This document shows positions 40,314 through 53,161 of a stretch of DNA of 64,000 nucleotides, piece after piece. The translations under genes were made by a program, and so were the position numbers. Under the pieces are notes generated by a model. The model was not told where the DNA came from. It saw only the letters and a list, made by a program, of their open reading frames with translations, and searched no databases. The stretch's first letter is position 1. Every line of letters begins with the position of its first letter. Source of the DNA: Eledone cirrhosa (taxonomy: Eukaryota); contig OZ024759.1 of the NCBI GenBank assembly GCA_964016885.1, positions 9,114,001 to 9,178,000 on the forward strand. Reading direction: 5' to 3'.

Positions 40314-40660
40314 AAACCTTGATGAGGCTGTTTAAACATTCTTAGTGTCTTTGTCAAAATAAACTGAACACAATTCGTATATAATATGTAAACTTTATTC
40401 ATTTTTGTCAAAATAAACTCAGCACGATTCGTATATATGTATTGTTACGGCAACACAGCATATCACCTTGAAGGCTGGACATCTGCAAAAAGAAATAAAA
40501 GACATTTACATACGTTATCAATAAAAAGAATATTAAACTTTATAAGATTCTTCCAAGTTTGTTTTTTATTATATATACATTTAAAAAGAGGAAACAAGAA
40601 AACCTTTTCCTACATCAAGGGAGGTAACTAACGAAGGAAACTAAGAATGTAAATGGTTCT
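40314..40660 (-). repeat. Dispersed third copy of the palindrome arm module
   Basis: 40314-40575 matches 54637-54902 (direct) and 47760-48036 (inverted). Confidence 0.85.
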
Positions 40661-41224
40661 AAGTTAAAGTGATATCGATCTAGTTAACACGGTCATGATA
40701 TCTAAAAAAAAATGGCTACGATTGTCTTGAATCTCCAAAGTATGTGAAGAGGGGGGGGGGGGTGCGATAGCGTGTTGGCTCCGGACATCCTGTCGCGAAA
40801 AGCTTATCCCCTAAAGTGACTTAGAGTACAAGACTCCCCCCCCCCCGAACGTAAGTCCATCACAGGGTTAACCCCCCACTTATTGCTGGTGCTCTTGAGT
40901 CATACGTAAAACTAAAACAATTGTAAATTCATTTCAGTTTTTCGATCACTTTCTTCCGCTGTATGTTAATCATTGGTTAACTGTCGATCAGTGTTTGTAA
41001 AGATCGATATTGACTAACTTGTGGGTTTATTTCGCCATCATTAAGTCCCAGATTCGATCACACCCCATGTGAAACTGGGTAAACAGAAACTGTGTGTCAT
41101 CTGTAATTGACAATGGCCAATCTTATAATACTGAATTTCCCTGAGAATTACGCATGATTAATTAGTGCTGTAGCATGGCCAGGCATCTTAGAAGGTGCTG
41201 CAGCATGGTCAGTATAATTGAAAC

Positions 41225-41363
41225 ATGCGCACTGGATTTCTAAATCTCGCGCTTGCGCATTCAAAACAAGAAAACAAATGGCCGTCAGCTTGTAGAATTT
41301 TACAAGCTTTACAAAAACTCTTGCTAAATGGTTTCACAATGGACAATAGCAGCTTTCCGAAAG
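41225..41363 (+). promoter_or_regulatory. Candidate Pol II promoter and first exon
   Basis: NRF1-like gcgcttgcgca (41249), YY1-like aaatggccg (41276), ATG at 41339 (MDNSSFPK) then AAG|gtaacg; no downstream exon confirmed. Confidence 0.3.
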
Positions 41364-41924
41364 GTAACGTAGATTTCTATATTATGTTGAGGTTTGTAAA
41401 TCTTTCCCTCTTAGTCTCTTTCGTATGATATACTATTTACACCTTCTAGTTCTCTTGTTTACGTATTCTAACTCATTCCCAATTAACAATCTAACGTGGT
41501 CGTTTCGATTGTTGCCTACCTCTTGCGATCTTTCCGAGTTACACACAATAAGTCCAGCTGTTCACCATCTATGTTTTAAACCCTTTTTCTCCCATTTGAC
41601 TTTGTCGGTGGGGGAATCTTATCTTCCGTCTTGTAATGTCGTAAATTTAGTTCTATACACCTAAGTTTTGTTTTCGCCTTTAATAGTCCAAGAACAGTGT
41701 ACGTCTGTTTTTCTGGTTGAAGTATTGATCAGTGTTAATAGATCGATATCGATTAACTTTCCCCACGTGAATTCTCAATCATTAGGGTGAGAGAGTGACA
41801 TCTTGGGCAAGAGTCATCATAAACTTTAGTTGACCCATGAGGGAAATTTAGTAGACAGCATCTATTCTGGAAGCCTGTACCTGTAATTGAGTCAGTCTTG
41901 TCACACACCGTGTGGAACTTCAGT

Positions 41925-42480
41925 ATTTCTTCGCATAGTGGTTACAGTGTTGGACTTACGATCATAATGTCATAAGGTCGATTCTTGATCGTGTTGTGTT
42001 CTTGAGCAAAAGAATTCATTTCACGTGGATCCAGTATACTTAGGTGAAAATGAATACCAGCTAGTCTCTTCTGCCATCTGCAGGCGACGCCTGGGCTGGT
42101 TTGGGCACGCTTTGAGACTTCCCCCGGAGAGACTGGCGAACCAAGTACTTAAATGGAACCCACAGGGAAGCAGACGGAGAGGGCGACCCAAAATGAACTG
42201 GCGCCAGACAGTTGAGAGGGACCTGCGAGCGACAAACAGAATGGCTGGCTGCTGACCGAACGCGGTGGAACACTATGATTGCCTGATGCATCGCAAGACG
42301 CGGGAGCTTCTGAGTATCATGAGGTGTAACTCTGTGATAGACTGGCGTTCTGTCCAGGTGAGGTTCCTGTATTTTCAGCCGACTAACTGACTCGGATAAA
42401 CACCGGTCTAATGAGGCTCCGGATTTGAGACAGACTTTAATCTTGCAATCGACTGGCGTCCTATCCAGGGGAAGTCTCTT
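41925..42480 (+). mobile_element. tRNA/Meta-core SINE interrupted by an RTE 3' fragment (42065-42312)
   Basis: agtggttacagtgttggact..ggtcgattc..cttgagcaa; insert encodes RRRLGWFGHALRLPPERLANQVLKWNPQGSRRRGRPK. Confidence 0.7.
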
Positions 42481-42889
42481 ACCGTATTCCTAATGAAATA
42501 CACAGACCACGTGTTCCAATTCATGCTGAAAATAAACAATAAAATTCAACATGTTTCTTTTTTATTCACAGAAAATATGTCGAGTGTATTTCTTTAAAAC
42601 TCTTCCTAGTTGTTAATATTTCAGTGTATTTAAATCCTTCTTTCAAGATTGAGATCAAAGACCTTAAATTGTTGATTCAATTCTACAACAGTGCTAAACA
42701 TTTTCTGAAACTGTTGTAAATTAATTTTGTATTCTGGAGAGGTTTTCTCAGGTGTTTTAACGATTGCAGTTATTCAATCGCCACTCCCACACACATATGT
42801 TACGTAAGTCCGTAATTATGATTGTACCCTGAGATGATCGATATTGATACGATTGCAATATGCCAATAAAGTTTATATATATATATATG

Positions 42890-43595
42890 ATAATAATGAA
42901 ATTATTGTGTAAAGTGCTCAGGTGCACTACAAGTCGTCAAAGGTGTATGTATAGTACATAGAATAATACACAAATGTCAGGGAAGTATATGTGTGTATGT
43001 GTTAGCTGTAGTGTTGGCGGATCTCGGGAAGCATGGAGGCCTTAAAGGATGCAGTGTCTCGACAGCTAACAACTGATGCAGGTAGTTTGTTCCATGGAGG
43101 CCTTAAAGGATGCAGTGTCTCGACAGCTAACAACTGATGCAGGTAGTTTGTTCCATGCTTCAGCAACTCTGAGCGTGAAAAAATGTTTCCAAAAGTCATG
43201 GGAACTGTGCTGTTTTCTGACTTTGTGGGCATGTCCACGTGTGTTAGACACATGGAAATCAAAAAGGTACTCGGGGTTGTTGTTGGCAACATGGTTAACA
43301 ATTTTGTGAGTGTTTACCAAGTCAGTTGCCAGGCGTCGGAACTTCAATGTATCCATGCCCAGGGAAGCAAGGCGCTCAGAGTATGGTAGATGCCTGATGG
43401 AGGGTATTCGCTTGGTTGCACGTCTCTGAACAGTTTACAGGCGGTCAATGTTCTGAGCAAGATAGAGGTCCAGACTGTTGATGCAAATTCTAAGTGTGGT
43501 CGCACCATAGCCATGTACAGCCTTAAATAGATATCTGGAGAGCGGCTGACAAAGGTCTTGCTGAGTGATGCTAAGACACCCTCGGCCCTCTTGAC
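42890..43595 (-). mobile_element. CR1 LINE 3' fragment, same family as 1-2175, with a ~59-bp internal duplication
   Basis: MDTLKFRRLATDLVNTHK..NTRGHAHKVRKQHSSHDF..WNKLPASVVSCRDTASFK. Confidence 0.9.
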
Positions 43596-43734
43596 TTCGA
43601 TCCTGCTTATATATATATATGAGCGGTCACCCCACCGAACTTGCCTCTAAATGGGACAGACTCGTCTAATCCATTCTAGCGTGGAAGTTAGACATTAAAC
43701 GTTGATGATGATATATAGGCATAATTATGTCCTC

Positions 43735-44215
43735 AGGTTCATTCACCTTCGATGGACATAGCCTTGGTGTTGATGTCCGTGTCCTTTGTTCATTGGGAAT
43801 ATTTACCCTCAATCCCCTCTCTCCTTCTCCAAAGCCTCCCTCATCCTGCGAACTACAGCCTTCTTCTCTCGTCCTGTCATTCCAATGATTGTGAGCATCC
43901 TCCATACTGATTAAGCCGATGATTCCCTGCAGCCCACCTCGACTGGAAATAGCCATACCTACGAACCTTTCTCCTACACAACTTCTTACTGTCCAGCTTC
44001 ATGTTTAATCTTCCACACGTTAGTACAGTCTATCAAATCCACTGGTCACCTTTGCCAGTCTGTTGCGGATTTCCCTCTCAATCTTGGCATGTGATGTGAA
44101 GATGCTGCCCAGGCAGCTGATATGATGGACTGTTCAGTTCAGTCTCGCCAATGGTGATATGGGGTGTAGGCTGGAGGAATACCTCCATCTTCTTTAAGTT
44201 TACTTACAGTCTAGA
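43735..44215 (-). mobile_element. Decayed LINE (RTE-like) RT C-terminal fragment
   Basis: Fragmentary similarity with many stops. Confidence 0.35.
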
Positions 44216-44224
44216 GAGTTGGGC

Positions 44225-44700
44225 CTGCCTTTTAACGTGATATACTGTTACATCTAAGGTTGTGTTGGTCCTTTAAACGTCCTTTATTTACAGTATATTG
44301 TGGTAGCTCTCCCTCCATAAGAGCCACAGTTAAACGTAATATAAGTTTGTGTCTGTCTTTTAACGTCCCTGTTATACAGTATACTGTGGTAGCTGTCCCC
44401 CCACATGGCAGCTGTAAGGTTGTGTTTGTCTTCCAGCATATTGTGGTAGCTGTCCCTCCTTACCGTCCACAGTTACATCTAAGGATGGGTCTGTATTTTA
44501 ACGTCACTGATATACAGTATTCTGTCCTTCCACGCGGCCTACAGTTACATCTAACGTCCCCTTTATAGTCTATTATGGTAACTGTACCTCCATACGGCCT
44601 ACAATTACATGTAAGGGTGTGTCCCTGATATACAGTCCCTCCTTACCGTTTACATCTAAGGCAGCTTATAAAAGGTTGACCTGTATTTTAACATCCCAAG
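44225..44700. repeat. Degenerate ~60-70-bp tandem repeat
   Basis: Recurring acagttacatctaagg / tttaacgtcc / atacagtat / gtggtagctgtcc. Confidence 0.6.
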
Positions 44701-45503
44701 AACGGGTCATGTGTCCTTAAACCTGGAATCCATCAAGGTACGTATTAGTCACATTTGTATCGATCTTTTTAAATATTCGTTGCTAAAATGACATATGTAA
44801 ACGGCATAAATGGAAGTAATTCAGGTGTTAATATGTTTTTCATTTGAAAATTGTTAATGTATTGCTGATGATATGTGTGTGTTGTTACGGGGTGCACTTA
44901 TGGCTGTCAATGTCAGTCTATACTTCCTTTGGTGACTGTACAGGCAGTAGATATTTCAGTGGAAGTGTCTTTCCCACCTCAGTCTCTTTCCCTCTCGAAG
45001 GCTCAATGTCCTGTAAGATTTTGTGGCCAACGCATGTACGCCAAAAGAGCGGTTAAAAGACATGTCTAACCTATATAATCTTCTATGGCTATCGCTTGAT
45101 GTAAACAAAGATTTAGAGACGTCTAATTTGCATCTCCATCATAAGGTCTTGCAGTCATCAAAGGATCCTCAATTGTAGAACACGGTCGTCATCGAACTTC
45201 GATAAACCTCCACAATTAAACCCCCTAAACACTCCGTTGGCAGACATTGAAAACCCCATCTTCACAACACCACCAATGCGTTAATAATTGTCTTATGAAA
45301 AAAATATTTGTTCCCTTTGCATATACTATTTATTTTTAATCAAAATATTTCCCAAGTAGCCATAAGTACCATTAATTTACTCAGTAGAATTGCGGCCTTC
45401 GCGGTGGCATGCGAACTGAGTCTCGGACTTCCAGTATAGGTGGCTGGCGTTTCTTTTCGAAATGTTATTAATATGTAAATGAACCTTTGAAGTTTCTATA
45501 TAT

Positions 45504-45676
45504 ATAAGGAGAGCTGGATGATCATCAACGAGGAAGAGAAGGGGTTCGAGTCAGATCCAGGGAACAGGGCCCTCAGCTATTTCCTCTTCCTATTCTCGGG
45601 CCCTGTTCCCTGGATCTGACTCGAACCCCCTCTCTTCCTCCCTGTGATCTCGTTGATGATCATCCAGCTCTCCTTA
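45504..45676. repeat. Inverted repeat (~65-bp arms)
   Basis: taaggagagctggatgatcatcaacgag..gggttcgagtcagatccagggaacagggccc and its reverse complement at 45598-45676. Confidence 0.85.
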
Positions 45677-45934
45677 CACCTAGACCTGTCAACCGCTCTC
45701 TCCACACTTCTGATCTTCTCTATCAGAGCTGACGATGCTTCCTCTTCTTCTCTTTCCTCGGCACCAGGGTCTCACTTGCATTGGTGAAGTACCGGTACCT
45801 CCCCGTCACACTCTCCTTAGTCCCTCCAATCTCTCTCTCCTCTGAGCACTGAACCTGTTCCTCACTTCTACTGTGAACCTCTCCTGTAGCTTATCATCTT
45901 CCTTGAAACATATACATATGTCTGTATAATTTCA

Positions 45935-46250
45935 TTTCATCATCATTTCATTTTACGTCCGCTTTTTCCCTGCTTGCAAGGGTGGGACAGGAACTGATTC
46001 TGGCTTGATTTCTACAGCTGGATGCCCTTCCTAACACCAACCTCATTTACAGTGAGTGCTGGGTGCTTTTTTGCCGTGGCGCCTCCACGACCACTTTGCA
46101 GTGGAATGATAGGGAACCCAGTTCTATCTTCTCATTTCTACAGCTGAGTAAACTGGAGCAATGTGAAATAAAGTGTCTTGCTCAAGGAAATAACACATCA
46201 CCGGTCTGAGAATTGGGTGATGTGTTGTTTCCTTGAGCAAGACACTTTGT
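45935..46250 (-). mobile_element. RTE 3' stub followed by a SINE core folded into a hairpin
   Basis: ctacagctggatgcccttcctaacacc; aaagtgtcttgctcaaggaaa..tttccttgagcaagacacttt. Confidence 0.7.
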
Positions 46251-46504
46251 ATATGTATATATACACATATAATTATTCATAAACTTATGTATATATATAC
46301 ACACACCCACACATATGTGTACATATTTTTATCTCCATAATAATTGTTCTGTATATATGTACAAAATACTTGTAGATTCTAAATTAATTTAAATATAGAA
46401 ACGGAATGTGAGATAACACACGAAATATATTTTGAGACGTGTTACCTCCTTTTCCGTTTCTATTTTTTTTTTTAAATGAATAAAATTTTACCTATAAGTA
46501 TACT

Positions 46505-47205
46505 AATTTTGTTATACTTTGGGAGGGCCATGTTGCCAATAAGAAACACACGCACCAGTTGCTTTCACTCCAATTTATTATAAATTAAATTTATAAATTT
46601 AGGATTTTATAAATTTCCGGTTGGTTGGTTGGTTGGTTCCACAAGCGGACGGTTGTTCATATATTGTCAAAGTTCTTTCGCCACAAATTCTGTGACCTTT
46701 TCAGTGACTGGGGATTCTTTTCTTTGTTTTGTGCCTCTCCTTTGTTCTGTCCTACGCCATCTTGTTTTTGTGTGTGTTGTGTGCTTAGTTTGCGCATGTG
46801 TTACATCTGGGTGTCTGTGTGTGTTTTTATTTGTTTATGTAAATGCTACTGGTTGGTTGTTTGTTCTATGTGTGTGTGTGTTTTCATTTTGTCCTTAACT
46901 GTAAGTTGTGATGTTGCTATTCCATTCATGTTTTCTATTTAATTCTGGTTGGAGTTCATTTATGTTTATTGCCTCTGTGATTTGTCTAAACATTGCGTCT
47001 TTTCTGTGTGTAGATTCTATTTTTATTTCTATGTTCTCTAATTTGTCCTTATGTTCTATTTTAGCATGTTGGTGGAGTATTGATGATTCTTTTTTATCTT
47101 GAAGCTCTCGCCAGTGTTCATTTAACCGTTCTCCTATACTACGAGCTGTCTCACCTATGTACACTATATTCTTATCTTTACATTGTCCTTCAGTACATCT
47201 TACGC
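46505..47205 (-). mobile_element. Penelope-like element 3' fragment: GIY-YIG endonuclease plus 3' region
   Basis: CTEGQCKDKNIVYIGETARSIGERLNEH..SILHQH..RQITEAINI..PELNRKHEW; hammerhead-like motif downstream at 46666-46708. Confidence 0.88.
46666..46708 (-). ncRNA. Variant hammerhead motif (core CUGAAAA)
   Basis: Minus strand: gtca CTGAAAA g gtcacag aat ttgtggc GAAAG aa CTT tgac; conserved G8 reads A. Confidence 0.45.
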
Positions 47206-47208
47206 TAT

Positions 47209-47759
47209 ATCTACATTTCTAGAAATGTAGTATTTAGCATAAGATTACTAAAACTCGAGAACCACCCAACCGAGTTTTATTCAAACTTTACACATGTAGT
47301 ACTTATGGTCCCGTGAGTGGTGTTTTGAGCAAAATAAATTTCAAATGTTCAATGCATTAGGCGATTTAGCGATCTCTCTCTATAATTCTTAGTCTTTCTC
47401 TTTTTAGATAGATACATACATATAACGTCGCACCCTTATAATATCTGTCTGTATGCCTAACTGTCTGCAAATAGTCTTCCTGTTTTCCTTCGATTGCAAC
47501 GTTTTTCGAAATATTTACTTCTGCGTTCACAGATTGATTTTTTTAGTTTCAGAAGATCCCGTTAAGGGTGAAAGCAGCGATTCTTTGCTTAAACATTAAT
47601 CTGTAATTTTAATATATATAATTATATATTCGTGTACAGATATTTTTGCATATACAATAGCAAAATATAAACAAACATATTTATTTCGCGAGGCTCGATA
47701 AGGATAAATATATAAGAACCCTAGAGCAAATCCCGAGCAACGCCGGGCCATTCTGCTAG
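47209..47759 (+). mobile_element. Non-autonomous Helitron
   Basis: A|TC start; 3' hairpin cccgagcaacgccggg then ccattctgCTAG|T. Confidence 0.75.
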
Positions 47760-49101
47760 TAAAACAAACTTGGAAGAATTTTATAAAGTTTAATATTCTT
47801 TTTATTGATAACGTATGTAAATGACTTTTATTACTTTTTACAAATGTCCAGCCTTCAAGGTGATATGCTGTGTTGCCGTAAAAAATGGCGAACTCTCTGT
47901 TAAGAAAGCTTACATATATACGAATCGTGTTCAGTTTATTTTGACAAAAATGAATAAAGTTTACATATTATATACGAATTGTGTTCAGTTTATTTTGACA
48001 AAGACACTAAGAATGTTTAAACAGCTTCATCAAGGTTTCAAATCCAACAGTCGCTCCAAAAATAGACAGTATCACCAATGGTTACAATCTAAGGAAAAAG
48101 AATAGAAAATATCAATAATGTGAAAAGGAAAGAAATATCAGAGAAAGAACCATCAAGGGTTCGAATGTAACAGTTGTCCAAAAGTAGTAAGTAACAGAAA
48201 GGGAATGAAAAGTAACCATCAATAATGTAAAAAGTGTCATTAAGGGTTCGAATCCAACAGTCGTCCAAGAATGTAACCATCTAAGTATCAAGAACCTTCA
48301 AGTATGTAAAGAAAGTATTGAAGGTTCGAATCCAACTGTCTTCCAAGAACCTTGAAGTATCAAAGGTTCGAATCTAAGTGAGTCAAGAAAGTAGTAAGAA
48401 GTAGCTAAGGTTCTAATCTAACTGTCTTCCAAGAATGTAAAGAAAGTATCTAAGGTTCAATCTAAGTAAGTCAAGAAAGTAGTAAGAAGTAGCTAAGGTT
48501 CTAATCTAACTGCCTTCCAAGAATGTAAAGAAAGTATCTAAGGTTCGAATCTAAGTGAGTCAAGAAAGTAGTAAGAAGTAGCTAAGGTTCTAATCTAACT
48601 GTCTTTCAATAATGTAAGTAACCTTCAAGGGTTCTAAGAAGACAGTTGGAATAGAACCTTAGTTACTTCTTACTACATTCGAACCTTCTAACTTAACTCG
48701 ATTTTTGCTCTAAAATTTTAATGTATTTATCTCCCTTTTTTTAAACTCTTTTTTTTTTTAAGTGACTTCCGGTTCTTTGGAAGAGAACCATTTTGGATAT
48801 TACTTTCATGTAAAGAGGTATGTAATGTTTTCTTTGCTACTAGGACTAATATATACACTTTATGTCAATAACGGATATAGTTTTCTGTACACATACATTC
48901 TCTTAGATACACACTTTTCAGAAAACACGTTTCACATAGAATCTTTCTCGACATTTTATAGTGTTTACCTCTGATCAGAGGTAAACACTGTATTTAAGGT
49001 CGAGTGATTAGCGGCCTTTAGACTCACCTGATCAATGAAACTTTTGATAATACTAGAAATAAAACCTTTTTGTGCAGCCGACCATGTTATTCTTCAATCT
49101 T

Positions 49102-49167
<66 letters not shown>

Positions 49168-51020
49168 GTAAAGACCCTCACGATTGACCATGGGATTTTC
49201 ATCCTCCGAGACCGGGCAACGTTGTTTGTGGAAGACCAGCAGTCTTCCCTCCCCACGCCACTGATGTTGTCCAACTCATTTCTACAGACTGATCTAGAGA
49301 AACGTGAGACAACGCTAGTAAATCTTTATTTTATATTGAAGAGTTTCACTTGAACATTTTCCGTTTATTTCCCTCCATAATGTCAGCAATAATTAACCAA
49401 TAGTTTTGTTTAGCTGCTGCCCCACCTCCACGTTGTGTTGTATTTCCAATGTAATGTCACCTCACACATTTCTCGGTCATATCAAATAGAATTTAGCGTA
49501 TTTCTATATTATTTAAGTTGGCAAATAAGATAACATCTCTGTCTGACGACCGATCCAGATGTTTACTATTATTGTCTATGATCCAGAAACCTTTGGTAAT
49601 GGAGTAGTTTGTGTTGTTCGCTTTCTAATATATATATAAACTCATCGCTATTTATATACACACACAGACATATATTTATATATATGTATATATAGTTATG
49701 TAATAAACAACATAAAGCAATTATTCCATTTACCAGTGGTTTCTTAAAAGCAAAAAATTTTGCTTTCAATCATCAGAATGAAAAAATCCTGGTGTCTTTA
49801 TTGATATTGGATTCTAAAAACAAAAATGCAATCTATAACTATTAAGCTCTGTTACCTACATAGAGCACTCTTTTTTCCTGGATTTGTCCGACGGAATTAC
49901 TTCATTTATATGTATATATATACACACACAGAGACAGACATATATATATATACACACACACACACAGACATATATATACACATACATATATATATACACA
50001 CACACATATATATACACACACACACAGACATATATATACACACACACAGACATATATATACACACACACAGACATATATATACACACACACATATATATA
50101 TACACACAGACACACACACACTTATATATATATACAGTTGGTAAATAATATACTTGTTCTTCTCTTCATCATATCCTCGTGTTGGAGGACTTTCTCTTTG
50201 TCAACATGTCCCAGTCAGTCGTTGGAGTGTCATACTAGATGTGCAGTCGTGCTTTACAATCATGAGTTCGATTCTCGTAGCAAGCTTCTGAAGGACTTGT
50301 GCTTGATTCTGATAGTTACTTTACCATGGCAGAATCTCCTTTGGCCCTGCTAGATTCTGGTTATTAATATTAACCAGAATCTTTTGAGAACTGTCGTCTT
50401 TGGTCAGAGTGAATATTTCACCCGTCTCCGTAACACACACACACACACACTTAATATGCATTTTTAGTTTAATATTATTTTTATTGATAATGTACGTAAA
50501 TGACTCTCATTTCTTTTTACAGATGTCCAGCCATCAAGATCATATGCTGTGTTGTTTGCCGTAACAAGTGGGAATGTCGTAGTTTCTTTTAATAAATATA
50601 CGAGAAAACTAATCGCTATACACACACACACACACATCTTTTAATAAAGAAAGTTTACATATTATATACGAATTGTATTCAGTTTATTTTGAGAAAAATG
50701 AATAAAGAAAGTTTAGATCTTATATACGAATTGTGTTCAGTTTATTTTGACAAAAATGAATAAAGAAATGAAGAAATGAATAAAGAAACTGAGTAAGTCG
50801 TGATATAAAGAACGTAAGTCTATTGAAGTTTCTAAATAAAGAAACTAAGAGAAAGATAAAGTTTCTTGAAAGAAACTAAAAATGATGAAGTTTCTAAATA
50901 AAGAAACTAAGAATGTTTTTGAAATTATCGAAAAAAAAATCTATGAAATAAGACCCTGTCTTTAAAATTTTTTTTATTAAAGGGAGGTAACTCTGTAATA
51001 TTTTGAAATGAATTACCTCC

Positions 51021-51321
51021 CTTTGAAACACCTTCGTCACCGTCGTTACCACCATCGGCACCTTCGTAACCGTCGTCACCATTACCGCCGCCACCTGGTG
51101 GCGGAGGAAAAGATACCGACGACGACGGTGGTGCACCGTCGTCTTCGTCGGTGTCTTTACCGCCGCCACCTGGTGGCGGAGGAAAAGATACCGCCGAAGA
51201 CGGTGGTGCACCTTCGTCGTCGTCGGTGTCTTTACCGCCGCCACCTGGTGGCGGAGGTAATGGTGACGACGGTTACGAAGGTGCCGATGGTGGTAACGAC
51301 GGTGACGAAGGTGTTTCAAAG
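51021..51321. repeat. GC-rich apex of the palindrome with 75-bp tandem hairpin units
   Basis: ccgccacctggtggcgg x3 alternating with aaagataccg..gacggtggtgcacc..cggtgtcttt x2. Confidence 0.92.
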
Positions 51322-52809
51322 GGAGGTAATTCGTTTCAAAATATTACAGAGTTACCTCCCTTTAATAAAAAAAAAATTAAAAGAGGGGAGTCTTATTTCA
51401 TAGACTTTTTTTTCGATAATTTCAAAAACATTCTTAGTTTCTTTATTTAGAAACTTCATCATTTTTAGTTTCTTTCAGGAAACTTTATCTTACTTTTAGT
51501 TTCTTTATTTAGAAACTTCAATAGACTTACGTTCTTTATATCACGACTTACTCAGTTTCTTTATTCATTTCTTCATTTCTTTATTCATTTTTGTCAAAAT
51601 AAACTGAACACAATTCGTATATAAGATCTAAACTTTCTTTATTCATTTTTCTCAAAATAAACTGAATACAATTCGTATATAATATGTAAACTTTCTTTAT
51701 TAAAAGATGTGTGTGTGTGTGTAGCGATTAGTTTTCTCGTATATTTATTAAAAGAAACTACGACATTCCCACTTGTTACGGCAAACAACACAGCATATGG
51801 CCTTGATGGCTGGACATCTGTAAAAAGAAAAGAGAGTCATTTACATACATTATCAATAAAAAGAATATTAAACTAAAAATTCATATTAAGTGTGTGTGTG
51901 TGTGTGTGTGTGTTACGTAGACGGGTGAAATATTCACTCTGACCAAAGACGACAGTTCTCAAAAGATTCTGGTTAATATTAATAACCAGAATCTAGCAGG
52001 GCCAAAGGAGATTCTGCCATGGTAAAGTAACTATCAGAATCAAGCACAAGTCCTTCAGAAGCTTGCTACGAGAATCGAACTGATGATTGTAAAGCACGAC
52101 TGCACATCTAGTATGACACTCCAACGACTGACTGGGACATGTTGACAAAGAGAAAGTCCTCCAACACGAGGATATGATGAAGGGAAGTAGAAGTATATTA
52201 TTTACCAACTGTATATATATAAGTGTGTGTGTCTGTGTGTAAATATATATATTGTGTGTGTGTATATATATGTGTGTGTGCATATATATGTCTGTGTGTG
52301 TGTGTGTGTCTGTGTGTATATATATATATATGTCTGTGTGTGTGTGTATGTATATATATATATATATATATAGCGATGAGTTTTCTCGTATATATATATC
52401 TATAAATGTCTGTGTGTGTATATATATAGCGATGAGTTTTCTCGCATATATGTCTGTGTGTGTGTATATATATTATATACATATATGTCGGGGGGGGGGG
52501 GGTATATAGCGATGAGTTTTCTCGTATGTATATATATATATATATAACCCATGCTAGTGCGTCTAACCCATGCTAGCATGGAAGAACAGACGTAAAACGA
52601 TGATGATGATATATATATATATTAGAAAGTGAACACAAAATATAACTACTCCATTACCAAAGGTTTCTGGATCATAGACAATAGTAAACGTTTGGATCGG
52701 TCGTCAGACAGAGATGTTATCTTATTTGCCAACTTAAATAATATAGAAATACGCTAAATTCTATTTGATATGACCGAGAAATATGTGAGGTGACATTACA
52801 TTGGAAATA

Positions 52810-52990
52810 CAACACGTGGAGGTGGGGCAGCAGCTAAACACAACGTGGGGGTGGGGCAGCAGCTAAACACAACGTGGAGGTGGGGCAGCAGCTAAACACA
52901 ACGTGGGGGTGGGGCAGCAGCTAAACACAACGTGGAGGTGGGGCAGCAGCTAAACACAACGTGGGGGTGGGGCAGCAGCTAAACACAACT
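52810..52990. repeat. 29-bp tandem x6, right arm only
   Basis: cagctaaacacaacgtggRggtggggcag with alternating A/G variants; single copy at ~49410-49437. Confidence 0.92.
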
Positions 52991-53085
52991 ATTGGTTAAT
53001 TATTGCTGACATTATGAGTACTTGATACTTGGGATAGTAAAGTGTGACTCTGCCAGTATATTCACATATACTTATCTATATTGAA

Positions 53086-53161
<76 letters not shown>

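Noticed and set aside
50894-51450. Arg/His-rich and PPPPGGGG ORFs at the palindrome apex
   Set aside because: Mirror-image ORFs arise from the GC-rich palindrome; no domain or splice support.
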